In this document: piece by piece, positions 9,282 through 16,588 of the stretch
Layout of the letters: the number at the start of each line of letters is the position of its first letter
How positions within the stretch are numbered: the stretch's first letter is position 1
DNA from: Sumerlaeia bacterium
GTDB taxonomy: Bacteria > Sumerlaeota > Sumerlaeia > SLMS01 > JAHLLQ01
DNA: 64,000 bases
Assembly (NCBI GenBank): GCA_040219255.1
Contig: JAVJSW010000008.1
Location: forward strand, 1-64,000
Reading direction: 5' to 3'
The notes under the pieces: model-generated
Seen by the model: only the letters and a program-made list of their open reading frames with translations
Database searches by the model: none
What the model was told of the DNA's origin: nothing
Translations under genes and position numbers: made by a program

Positions 9282-9337
9282 AACCCCTCGTCTCCCTCTG
9301 CTACACCAGCGGACGGAGACGAGGGGTTATTTTTTTT
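9282..9337 (+). terminator. intrinsic terminator
   Basis: AACCCCTCGTCTCC / GGAGACGAGGGGTT 14-bp stem followed by a T-tract. Confidence 0.8.
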
Positions 9338-9585
9338 ACCCCACTGGTTGGCACTGGCACTATACGGCACCAGCACCCCACCCGCCGTCCCTTGGCACTG
9401 GCACCATTTGGCACCCTGGCCACCCTAAAAAGGGAGTAACAAGTCCAAATGCCAAGTTTTGGTCAAAACTTCAAAATTCACCCCCAAAAAAGAGGGGCAA
9501 TACAGCCTCGTCACGGAAAAATGGGCTGAAAACTAAGGGTTTTGTAAGTCTTCTCATATCAATGGACTACAAAACACGAGGCAGG

Positions 9586-9932
9586 TTTTCGATCATAGGG
9601 TGGATGCCACTTTTCAACCACCAGGATCACCCCTCACAGAGGAAGCTTCCAGGTTGTCTTGGCCTGCTGGGCGAGCGAAGCGAGCCCCTCTTCCCCCGGA
9701 TTGGCACTCTGAGAGGCTACTTGGCTGATATTGCTCAGCTTAGCCGCTCTCTGGGCTAGGCCTGGGGGATTCTTATTCTGTGTTGCGGTTGATTGGCTAT
9801 CAGCGCTCTTTTTGGGCGAGCGCAGCGAGCCCATCGTCTCTGGTAAGGGCCATTCCTTGGCACTTTTCCAAGTCAAACAATATCAACACTCTACAAATCA
9901 GGAGGTAACTTTTCGATCATAGGGTGGATGCC
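9586..9932 (+). repeat. 23-bp direct repeat TTTTCGATCATAGGGTGGATGCC (9586-9608, 9910-9932) enclosing two GGGCGAGCG(A/C)AGCGAGCCC motifs (9669, 9814)
   Basis: Read directly from the sequence; similarity extends imperfectly on both flanks. Confidence 0.85.
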
Positions 9933-9999
9933 CATTTTCCACCCTACCGAAGGCTGCCCTCCAAGCAAACATCCAAACATCACAAACCACCCTCCAACC

Positions 10000-10017
10000 A
10001 GTCTCGACGTCGAGACT
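10000..10017. repeat. perfect 18-bp palindrome, copy 2
   Basis: AGTCTCGACGTCGAGACT about 90 bp upstream of ORF 10108. Confidence 0.9.
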
Positions 10018-10107
10018 AACCCTCATCACCACCAACTACCCTCCAACCACCCATCCAACCCATCAGCATCCAAGCATTCCACCCCCCCCTAAAGGACCCA
10101 AAACCCA

Positions 10108-10509
10108 ATGCCCATCTACGATACAGCGGAAAAGCTTCTCCTTGGCTACCTGACCATTGCAGCCCTGTGGCTCGTTATTCATAGGTACTATGCCCGAACA
10201 CTCTTCCAAAAGTGCCTGGAGCCGAGAAGCGAAACCATCATCAACAGGGTCAGAGATAGGCTCGTCAGCCACTCTAGAGGCGAAGCAGAGACCTTCCTCC
10301 TCGACTGGGCCATCCAAGCAGCCACCTACCACATCGTCTCCATGACACCAAAGTACTGGGAGATCAAAGCCGGATCCCTAGAGGAGGAAGTTATTTCGCT
10401 GAAAGCGGAGCAGGCTGTGCTGAAACACATTAGAGTCACGACCCCTCCCCGGAGTGGTCACGTGTTGAAACGCCAAGAAGGCCGGTTGTCGGCCAGGAGA
10501 CGTTCGTGA
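10108..10509 (+). CDS. hypothetical membrane-anchored protein reading through CRISPR repeat R3 (chimeric C-terminus)
   Basis: AAAGGA RBS; N-terminal TM; repeat translated as VTTPPRSGHVLK; TGA overlaps the GTG of the next gene. Confidence 0.55.
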   Translation: MPIYDTAEKLLLGYLTIAALWLVIHRYYARTLFQKCLEPRSETIINRVRDRLVSHSRGEAETFLLDWAIQAATYHIVSMTPKYWEIKAGSLEEEVISLKAEQAVLKHIRVTTPPRSGHVLKRQEGRLSARRRS

Positions 10510-11093
10510 GCGACACGTACCGCAATTTCGAAGACGTGCTGCGGCATCACCCGGACCCAAGGTTCCGGGTCGTCGCCGTGCCGCAGTCATCACCCGTTCT
10601 GATTGCCGCTCCGCATGGAGGCGGAATTGAATTTCAAACGGACGTGATCGCACGCCACGTGGCCCGCAAAGGATCATTCTCCCTCTACCAACTTGTGTGG
10701 ATGGGGAAGCAAGCCCGCGATGCCCACATTACGAGCCACCGATTTTTTGAAAAGGACCTCGATCTCCTTCTGAAGAGACACCACTGGACCGTCACCATAC
10801 ACGGTTTCCGGTCGGAGCGACCGTGCGTGGAGATCGGCGGGATGAACGAGAAATTTAAGTGTGCCCTTTATGAGGCTATGTTAGAACACGATATTTCCGC
10901 GATATTTTCTAAGAATATTCGCGAAGGCGCGCACCCGAAAAATATATGCAATAGGGGGCTCGGCATCAACGGCGGCGTTCAACTCGAATTTAGCTCGGCA
11001 ATCAGAAGCATTTTTCTCGATAACTACGACGAACAGTGTCGAGCAGTACGCTCAATTTGCTCTGGAATTTCAAGATTCGCAGGTGATTTTTAA
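10506..11093 (+). CDS. poly-gamma-glutamate hydrolase family protein (DUF867/YjqB/PghP-like), insert B
   Basis: IAAPHGGGIE, HITSHRF, TIHGF and HPKNICNRG...GVQLE motifs; AGGAG RBS at 10495-10499. Confidence 0.85.
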   Translation: MSDTYRNFEDVLRHHPDPRFRVVAVPQSSPVLIAAPHGGGIEFQTDVIARHVARKGSFSLYQLVWMGKQARDAHITSHRFFEKDLDLLLKRHHWTVTIHGFRSERPCVEIGGMNEKFKCALYEAMLEHDISAIFSKNIREGAHPKNICNRGLGINGGVQLEFSSAIRSIFLDNYDEQCRAVRSICSGISRFAGDF

Positions 11094-11390
11094 TGAACAA
11101 GGACGAGAGACCAAAAAAAATTGCGAGCTCGTCAGTTCGACGAGAATTTGCCCGATCTGCCTGTGGAGCATGGCCTAATCCAGTCGGTCATTTTAGACGA
11201 TGCAGAGTCCCTGGTCGAAGTCACGACCCCTCCCCGGAGTGGTGACGTGACGAAACAGTCTCAACGTCGAGACTGAACTGCCCGTCTTCTTGCCGGTCAC
11301 GCCCCCGCTCCGGCGGGGTCGCCCGTTGAAACAAGGGCGCGCCATTGCAAGCGCCCGCCTGCGCCAGCAGTCCCGACCCACTTCTACAAA

Positions 11391-11442
11391 CAACGCCCCG
11401 CCCCGTCCTGATCTTATCGCTCAGGGCAGGGCGGGGCTGTTG
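11391..11442. terminator. GC-rich stem-loop at the array end, between the array and the convergent helicase gene
   Basis: GCCCCGCCCCGTCCTGA / TCAGGGCAGGGCGGGGC imperfect inverted repeat; no clear T-tract. Confidence 0.45.
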
Positions 11443-11624
11443 GCGTCAGGGTCAGGGAGCGACAGTGTTGAAGACACAGTGTGATCACAAAACACGGCGG
11501 GGGGGGTGGAATCGTTGTGGGCACACCAGGTGGGCGGCTTCACGGGAACGCGCGCTCCGCCGAGGAGATGGAGAAGATGGGCTTCGGAGGATCGGCCGCC
11601 CTGTCGTTGGCGTCCTTGGCGAGT

Positions 11625-13304
11625 TCAAGTGAAGTTCGAAAGTCCACCTTCTGCCACGTTGCAATCGCCGCCTTCCCCAATACCCAATTCGGCCAGGACG
11701 CCGGCGGTGGGGTCGGCTCCTGAATCGAGAATGGCGGCGAAGCGGGCAAGCGTGGCCAGCCGATAGGCCCGGCGCTCCTCGACCGTGGTCAGCAACCCAT
11801 CGAGCGCGTTGTCATCGAGCGGATTTCCCCGGCGCAGGAAAAGGCACTTGTCGGGCGCGGAGGTCAGACGAAGCCGTCCAGCCCCAAAAAGGCCGAACAA
11901 TTGATCCCGAACAGCGTGCAGGGGTTGTTCCAGCCGCCGCGCGATCGTGATGAGCATGCCAGTGCGCGTCATTCCCCTGATCGTTTCGAAGGCGGCGCAG
12001 CTTTGCGGCGGCGCTTCGAAGCAGGCGATCGTGCCGATGCCACGGCCGAGCACCTGGACGCATCCGGCGCGCACAAGGTGGTGGAAAGACGTCAGCGCGT
12101 GATCGTCGCCCCCGAGCGTTTCATAGAGGTTCCACGTGGTGGCGTGGTCGGTGAGCGCCAGGCGTTGGTCGAGCACGGCAACGAAATCGCTGGCGCCAGG
12201 AAACTGCCCGGCTATGAGATCGCGCCGCACCGCCACGTTGGTGGGGGTGTAGAGCAGAACACCGCGCGCGGCGAACCCATCGCGCCCGCCCCGGCCCACT
12301 TCCTGGTAGAACTGCTCGGCGGACTCGGGCATCAGATAGTGTACCACCAGCCGGATGTCGGGAATGTCGATGCCCATGCCAAAGGCGCTGGTGGCGAAAA
12401 CGGTGTGAAGCGAGCCGTTGAGAAAACCGGCCAGCACGCCGCGCTTTTCCTCGTCGGTGCGGTCGGCGTCGAAGTAGTCCACGCCTTGCACGGGACCACC
12501 GAAGTGGCTGGCGAGCGAGCTGGTCCCGTACCTTCCGGATTTGCGGTGGACGTAAACCAGCGTCTTGCCTCGGCCGGGATCGGCTAGGAGATCTTCGAGG
12601 CGCGCCAGCTTGGCGTCCTCATCCTCGTGGCTCTCCACGGAAAGCTCCAGGTTTGTGCGGCGCAGGCAGTCGCTGCGTAGAACGGCTGATTCATCGAGTC
12701 CGAACTCGGCGCGGATTTCCCTCTCCTCGCGCGGATTCAATGTCGCCGTCAGGCCCAACAACGGCGGCCGTTCTCCATCGTCGAAGACGCGGTGGAGAAA
12801 AGATGGCAGCCCCTTGTAGGATGGGCGGAAGCTGTGGCCCCACTGCGAAATGCAGTGCGCCTCGTCGATGACAACGAGGCCGATGCGGTCACGAACGCGT
12901 TGAAGAACGTACTCGACAAAGCCATCGGAGAAAGCTCGCTCGGGTGAGAGAAAGAGGAAACGCGGGCGCGCATCGTTGAGCACCTCGTCGCGCAGGATTT
13001 CGTACTGGCGCTTGCCGCTGATGCCGCAGTGCAACTCGGTGGCGAGGAGCCCGAGAGAGCGGAGCACGGCACATTGCTGGCCAATCAATGCGCGCAGCGG
13101 CGAGACGACCAGCGTGAGTCCACCGCGCACAAGCCCGGCGACCTGGTAAACGAGCGATTTGCCGCTCCCCGTGGGGGCGAGATAGAGCAGCGACTCGCCG
13201 CGGACAAGGCGGTCGATGGCCTCCTCCTGCCGGTCGCGGAAGTCAGGAATCGCTGGAAAGTGGCGAGCGAGAGCATGGCGAATTGTTGGGGCGGCAGCGG
13301 TCAT
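11625..13304 (-). CDS. RecQ-family ATP-dependent DNA helicase (no HRDC domain)
   Basis: APTGSGKS, IDEAHCISQWGHSFRPSY, TAT, ATSAFGMGID and QEVGRGGRDG motifs; ATG at 13304 overlaps the upstream stop (ATGA). Confidence 0.9.
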   Translation of the reverse strand: MTAAAPTIRHALARHFPAIPDFRDRQEEAIDRLVRGESLLYLAPTGSGKSLVYQVAGLVRGGLTLVVSPLRALIGQQCAVLRSLGLLATELHCGISGKRQYEILRDEVLNDARPRFLFLSPERAFSDGFVEYVLQRVRDRIGLVVIDEAHCISQWGHSFRPSYKGLPSFLHRVFDDGERPPLLGLTATLNPREEREIRAEFGLDESAVLRSDCLRRTNLELSVESHEDEDAKLARLEDLLADPGRGKTLVYVHRKSGRYGTSSLASHFGGPVQGVDYFDADRTDEEKRGVLAGFLNGSLHTVFATSAFGMGIDIPDIRLVVHYLMPESAEQFYQEVGRGGRDGFAARGVLLYTPTNVAVRRDLIAGQFPGASDFVAVLDQRLALTDHATTWNLYETLGGDDHALTSFHHLVRAGCVQVLGRGIGTIACFEAPPQSCAAFETIRGMTRTGMLITIARRLEQPLHAVRDQLFGLFGAGRLRLTSAPDKCLFLRRGNPLDDNALDGLLTTVEERRAYRLATLARFAAILDSGADPTAGVLAELGIGEGGDCNVAEGGLSNFT

Positions 13305-14371
13305 CCGGAACAACCTCCCGCGTCCATTTCGGGCGCCCAATCCTTTGTGACGGAAAGATTCTCGTCGGCGACGAACTTCAGAAAATCGCCGGCGATCACC
13401 ATGCGGTGCGACTCGGGAAACGGGACGCCAAGGCATTCGGCAGCCTCCTGCAGCAAGGCGGCGACGCGAGCGACATGCAGGAAGAAGGGTGCATAGAGAT
13501 AGGTGTAATTGGAATAGCAGGCGCCGCTCCTGACGTCCCAAAGAACGAACTCTGGCGTCTCCAGAGCACCGGTGCACTGACCGGACAGAAAGTGGAGACC
13601 GGTGAGTGCAAACCTCGAACGCCAGGGCAACAGCGCGGGCTCGCGAAAATGGAGCAGCGCGCTTGTGATGCCCAGACCGATCGTGCCGGGGAGGCAAAGC
13701 GGGGCGACCTGAAGCCCACCGCGACGCGGCATCGCACCATCCTGGGAGTAGGGATTCTCGAGAGGCGCGAATGGCAGACAGGCAGGGTCTGTCTCGCCCA
13801 GCAAATTCTCCCAGACATAAAGGCGCGGGAAGTCCGCGGCGAATTCCACAAGCCCGCCAACGAGCGCGAGAATGGCACGCGGGTCCTGCTTGCACGCCAT
13901 GTGCAGACGGCGTTTCCACGGCTCCATGTCCTCGAGCTTCGCGTTACGCGCATTGTTGATAATGGGCAGCTTCTTGAGGAAATCGCGGACGAACTGATTG
14001 GGGTCCTCGGCATATTCCTCCAGGACTTCCGCATCGAGAATGCAATCGTACGAATCCCGGCGCTGACTCTCATAATCGAGAATGGCTTCATCGGTGCGTT
14101 GACGCAGACGAGTCTGCGGGTCCATCACCAGGCTGGAATGCTGGCCGCGTAATCCCTTCTGGAAACGCGCCTGGCCCACGAGCGCATGTTTCGCATAGCG
14201 CTCGAAATAGTCCTGAAAACCACGCGCGATTTCCCCTGCGACCGCGGCCGCATGACTGGGATCGAGGATCGTTTGGAAATCGTCATACTGGCCGCGAATC
14301 ATGTCCAGGTCTCCCATCAAGGCGATAGAAGGAACCTCGCATGCCCATTCGCGAATGTCACGACGCTGCAA
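13301..14371 (-). CDS. hypothetical protein translationally coupled to the RecQ-like helicase
   Basis: 356-aa ORF; PGTIGLGITSALLH is loosely HhH-like; start uncertain. Confidence 0.7.
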   Translation of the reverse strand: MQRRDIREWACEVPSIALMGDLDMIRGQYDDFQTILDPSHAAAVAGEIARGFQDYFERYAKHALVGQARFQKGLRGQHSSLVMDPQTRLRQRTDEAILDYESQRRDSYDCILDAEVLEEYAEDPNQFVRDFLKKLPIINNARNAKLEDMEPWKRRLHMACKQDPRAILALVGGLVEFAADFPRLYVWENLLGETDPACLPFAPLENPYSQDGAMPRRGGLQVAPLCLPGTIGLGITSALLHFREPALLPWRSRFALTGLHFLSGQCTGALETPEFVLWDVRSGACYSNYTYLYAPFFLHVARVAALLQEAAECLGVPFPESHRMVIAGDFLKFVADENLSVTKDWAPEMDAGGCSG

Positions 14372-14610
14372 GGTTGCAGGGAAGAATCGGAAGGCGGTGT
14401 ACCCTGCCCCGATGCAAATCCGGCACTCTGATCGACCAGCCTCCCATAGCCCAAGATGGACCCTGCGGATGGCCCATGAGCGAACCAGTCCTCAATCCCG
14501 GCGACCGAAAACAATGCAGACGCTTCAAGCCGCCGCAGGGCGCCATGCCGGCTCCCTGAAGATTCGCCTGCCTCTTCCTCACCCAACCTCAAGAAGCTTC
14601 ACCGGCCAAC

Positions 14611-14634
14611 TGTGCCAGAATTTGTGCCAGAATT
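14611..14634 (+). repeat. tandem 12-bp repeat TGTGCCAGAATT x2, candidate integrase arm-type sites
   Basis: Exact tandem repeat about 100 bp inside a tRNA 3' fragment. Confidence 0.6.
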
Positions 14635-14732
14635 CGCTGAAACGGGTGAGAATCGACCGAATTGCTCGGACTATGAAAATATCCAAGCTCAATGATCCCA
14701 GTGCTTTCAGGGTCTGCCGTAGATGACGAATG

Positions 14733-14752
14733 GAATCCCTCCCTCTCCGCCA
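14733..14752 (+). mobile_element. att site: displaced tRNA-Ser 3' end (right boundary of an integrated island)
   Basis: GAATCCCTCCCTCTCCGCCA is a T-loop-to-CCA tRNA-Ser-type end without the rest of the tRNA; gene content changes from accessory to core here. Confidence 0.75.
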
Positions 14753-14855
14753 GTTTTTTCCCGATTCAGCAGATTTTATCCCTGGCCACGTTGGCGCTAA
14801 TGCCAAAGTGCGGCCTCGAGATCTTGTTGTGGGCCGAAGCTTTCGCTTGAGCCGA

Positions 14856-16505
14856 CTACTCCCCCGCCACCGCGCGGAACAGTTCGCCCCGCGTCTTGCC
14901 CGCGAGGGGGCCGGCCAGGGCGGTTTTGTCCTCGCCACTGACTTCTTTCCAACGCGCCAGGTAACGCGCCGCCTCGCCGTCCGCCAGCGGGCGGTCCGGC
15001 GCGAGGGTCATCGGTTCGTCGTCCGGGAAGAAGCCACGCACGCCGAGCGCCTGCACGGCGCGGAAGGCCGGGTGGGTGGCGAGCAGGTCTTTGCTCGGGA
15101 AGAGCGCCACGTCCGCCGCGATCAGGGTTTTCTGCAACTCCGCCACGTCCAGGGCCCGGGGCTCAATGCCGCCCTTGATCGCCAGTGCCGCCGCCGCGCC
15201 GATGGCCTGGCCTGTCAACATGACCACCGGTTGCAGCCGCGAGCAGCCGTTGACGATGTGGCTGACGCCGATGTTTTTCTCCGCCGCCATCAGGCCGTCC
15301 CACTCCTTGGGCACCGTCGAGGCGAAGGGAATCTGGAACGGCGCGTTGTCCGGATAGTCCTCCACCAGGCGGATGTCCGGCGGCAGGTGGGCTTTGCTAT
15401 GGTGGTGATCGAGGAAGTAGTCGCCGATGGCGATGGAGTCGCGCTGGAGAGGCGCGCGCTCGCAACCGGCCTTCGGGACGACGTCGCTTTCCACCATCAG
15501 GCGCACCGGATCGATGCGGCGGCTCTCGCGCATGTACGGCATCATCGGCAGATGATCGTCCGTCGGGTACTCGTCCGTGGCCAGACCCCACTCGGGATGG
15601 CCGAGATCGTTCTGCATGTAGTAAACGTAGCGCAGGGTGCGCTCCTTGGCCAGCTTCAGCGCCTGGGCGCGCTCCTCGGCGGTGCCGAAGACACCGATGG
15701 TGTCTGGGCTGTCGTTTGAGTGGAACGGCCAATTGAGCAGGTACTTATCGTTCGGCAGGGTGGCGTAGCCAATGAAGCTGCCCCAATCGTGGAGCCCGTG
15801 GTTCAGGCGCTTTTCGTCCGGTGTGGTGCACAGAATCGAGGTCGAGCAGTCGAACTCGCCCGGGTCGTAATCGGAAGGCTTGGGCAGCGCGGGCGCTTTG
15901 CCGGGGTACTTCTTCAGCGTGGCGCACAGCGTCAGGTCCTGCACTTCCAGGTCGTGCTGCTCGGGGGCGTGCTCCTCGCCGGTGTCGGATTTGGCGTCTC
16001 GGCCCAGCCGGAAGGGCACGCCCGCCTTGGCGATCACGTCGCCGTATTCCGTGGCGTCCACGGTGATGGCGGCGCGGATCGTGCGCGACTCGCCCTGGTG
16101 GCGGACCACCGCGCCAGTGACCTTTTTCCCTTCGGTGAGGACGTCTTCGAACTCGGCGCCAAACCAGATGTCGGCGCCGGATTCGGCCACCCAACGGTTC
16201 AGAAATCCGGCCGCCAGCTTCGGCTCGAAGCAGGTTTCGCTAATCCAGCCGGTGAAGGTGTTCTGCGGACCGCCGTAGTTGGCTTCGATGGCGTCGCGCA
16301 GGCGGCGGAAGAACCCGCTGGCCATGGCGCCCTTGTTGCCATCGAAGGCGCTGACTCCGGCGGCGGTGATCATCCCGCCGAGCCAGGGCGTGGGCTCGAT
16401 GACGATCACGCGGACGCCGAGGGTGGCGCCCTGCCAGGCGGCGGCACTGCCACCGGTTCCACCGCCGATGATAAGTAGGTCTGTGGAATAATTGTTCTGA
16501 GACAT
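14856..16505 (-). CDS. FAD-dependent oxidoreductase (FAD_oxidored family)
   Basis: IIGGGTGGSAAA Rossmann motif; WLGGMITAAGV, DATEYGD, RESRR and SRLQPV motifs. Confidence 0.85.
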   Translation of the reverse strand: MSQNNYSTDLLIIGGGTGGSAAAWQGATLGVRVIVIEPTPWLGGMITAAGVSAFDGNKGAMASGFFRRLRDAIEANYGGPQNTFTGWISETCFEPKLAAGFLNRWVAESGADIWFGAEFEDVLTEGKKVTGAVVRHQGESRTIRAAITVDATEYGDVIAKAGVPFRLGRDAKSDTGEEHAPEQHDLEVQDLTLCATLKKYPGKAPALPKPSDYDPGEFDCSTSILCTTPDEKRLNHGLHDWGSFIGYATLPNDKYLLNWPFHSNDSPDTIGVFGTAEERAQALKLAKERTLRYVYYMQNDLGHPEWGLATDEYPTDDHLPMMPYMRESRRIDPVRLMVESDVVPKAGCERAPLQRDSIAIGDYFLDHHHSKAHLPPDIRLVEDYPDNAPFQIPFASTVPKEWDGLMAAEKNIGVSHIVNGCSRLQPVVMLTGQAIGAAAALAIKGGIEPRALDVAELQKTLIAADVALFPSKDLLATHPAFRAVQALGVRGFFPDDEPMTLAPDRPLADGEAARYLARWKEVSGEDKTALAGPLAGKTRGELFRAVAGE

Positions 16506-16529
16506 GAAGATTTCCTTGCGTGCGGGCAC

Positions 16530-16543
16530 TGCAACTAGTTTCA
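16530..16543. promoter_or_regulatory. LacI-type operator TGCAACTAGTTTCA
   Basis: In a divergent promoter region; identical to 46053-46066. Confidence 0.65.
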
Positions 16544-16588
16544 TGACTCCAACGTCACCACCCGCCACGCGTCAAGAGTGATTGATTT

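Larger units (their letters stand above)
8004..11379 (+). CRISPR. CRISPR array, 37-bp repeat GTCACGACCCCTCCCCGGAGTGGTCACGTGTTGAAAC, interrupted by two gene-sized inserts
   Basis: R1 8004-8040; R2 8080-8124 (8-bp internal duplication); R3 10435-10471; R4 11220-11256 (degenerate); R5 11296-11332 (divergent); partial R6 11370-11379. Normal spacers 8041-8079 (39 nt), 11257-11295 (39 nt), 11333-11369 (37 nt). Oversized intervals 8125-10434 and 10472-11219. Confidence 0.9.

Noticed and set aside
9349-9425. TGGCAC copies as sigma-54 promoters
   Set aside because: None is followed by TTGC at the -12 spacing, and they are tandemly clustered.
9166-9759. 197-aa ORF across the insert A non-coding region
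   Set aside because: It runs through a terminator and repeat cluster, has no RBS, and its composition is not protein-like.
8125-11219. Integron cassette array or IS insertion as the explanation for the inserts
   Set aside because: No intI or transposase, no attC (RYYYAAC...GTTRRRY) structure and no terminal inverted repeats. The boundaries are CRISPR repeats, and genes are cut at the edges.
11445-11475. Possible seventh CRISPR repeat (GTCA...GTGTTGAAGAC), 75 bp after R6
   Set aside because: Only the ends resemble the repeat; the length and middle do not match.
13305-13919. N-terminal 205 aa of the 764-aa ORF 11625..13919
   Set aside because: It overlaps the 356-aa gene in another frame and is Arg-rich nonsense; the helicase starts at the ATGA overlap at 13304.
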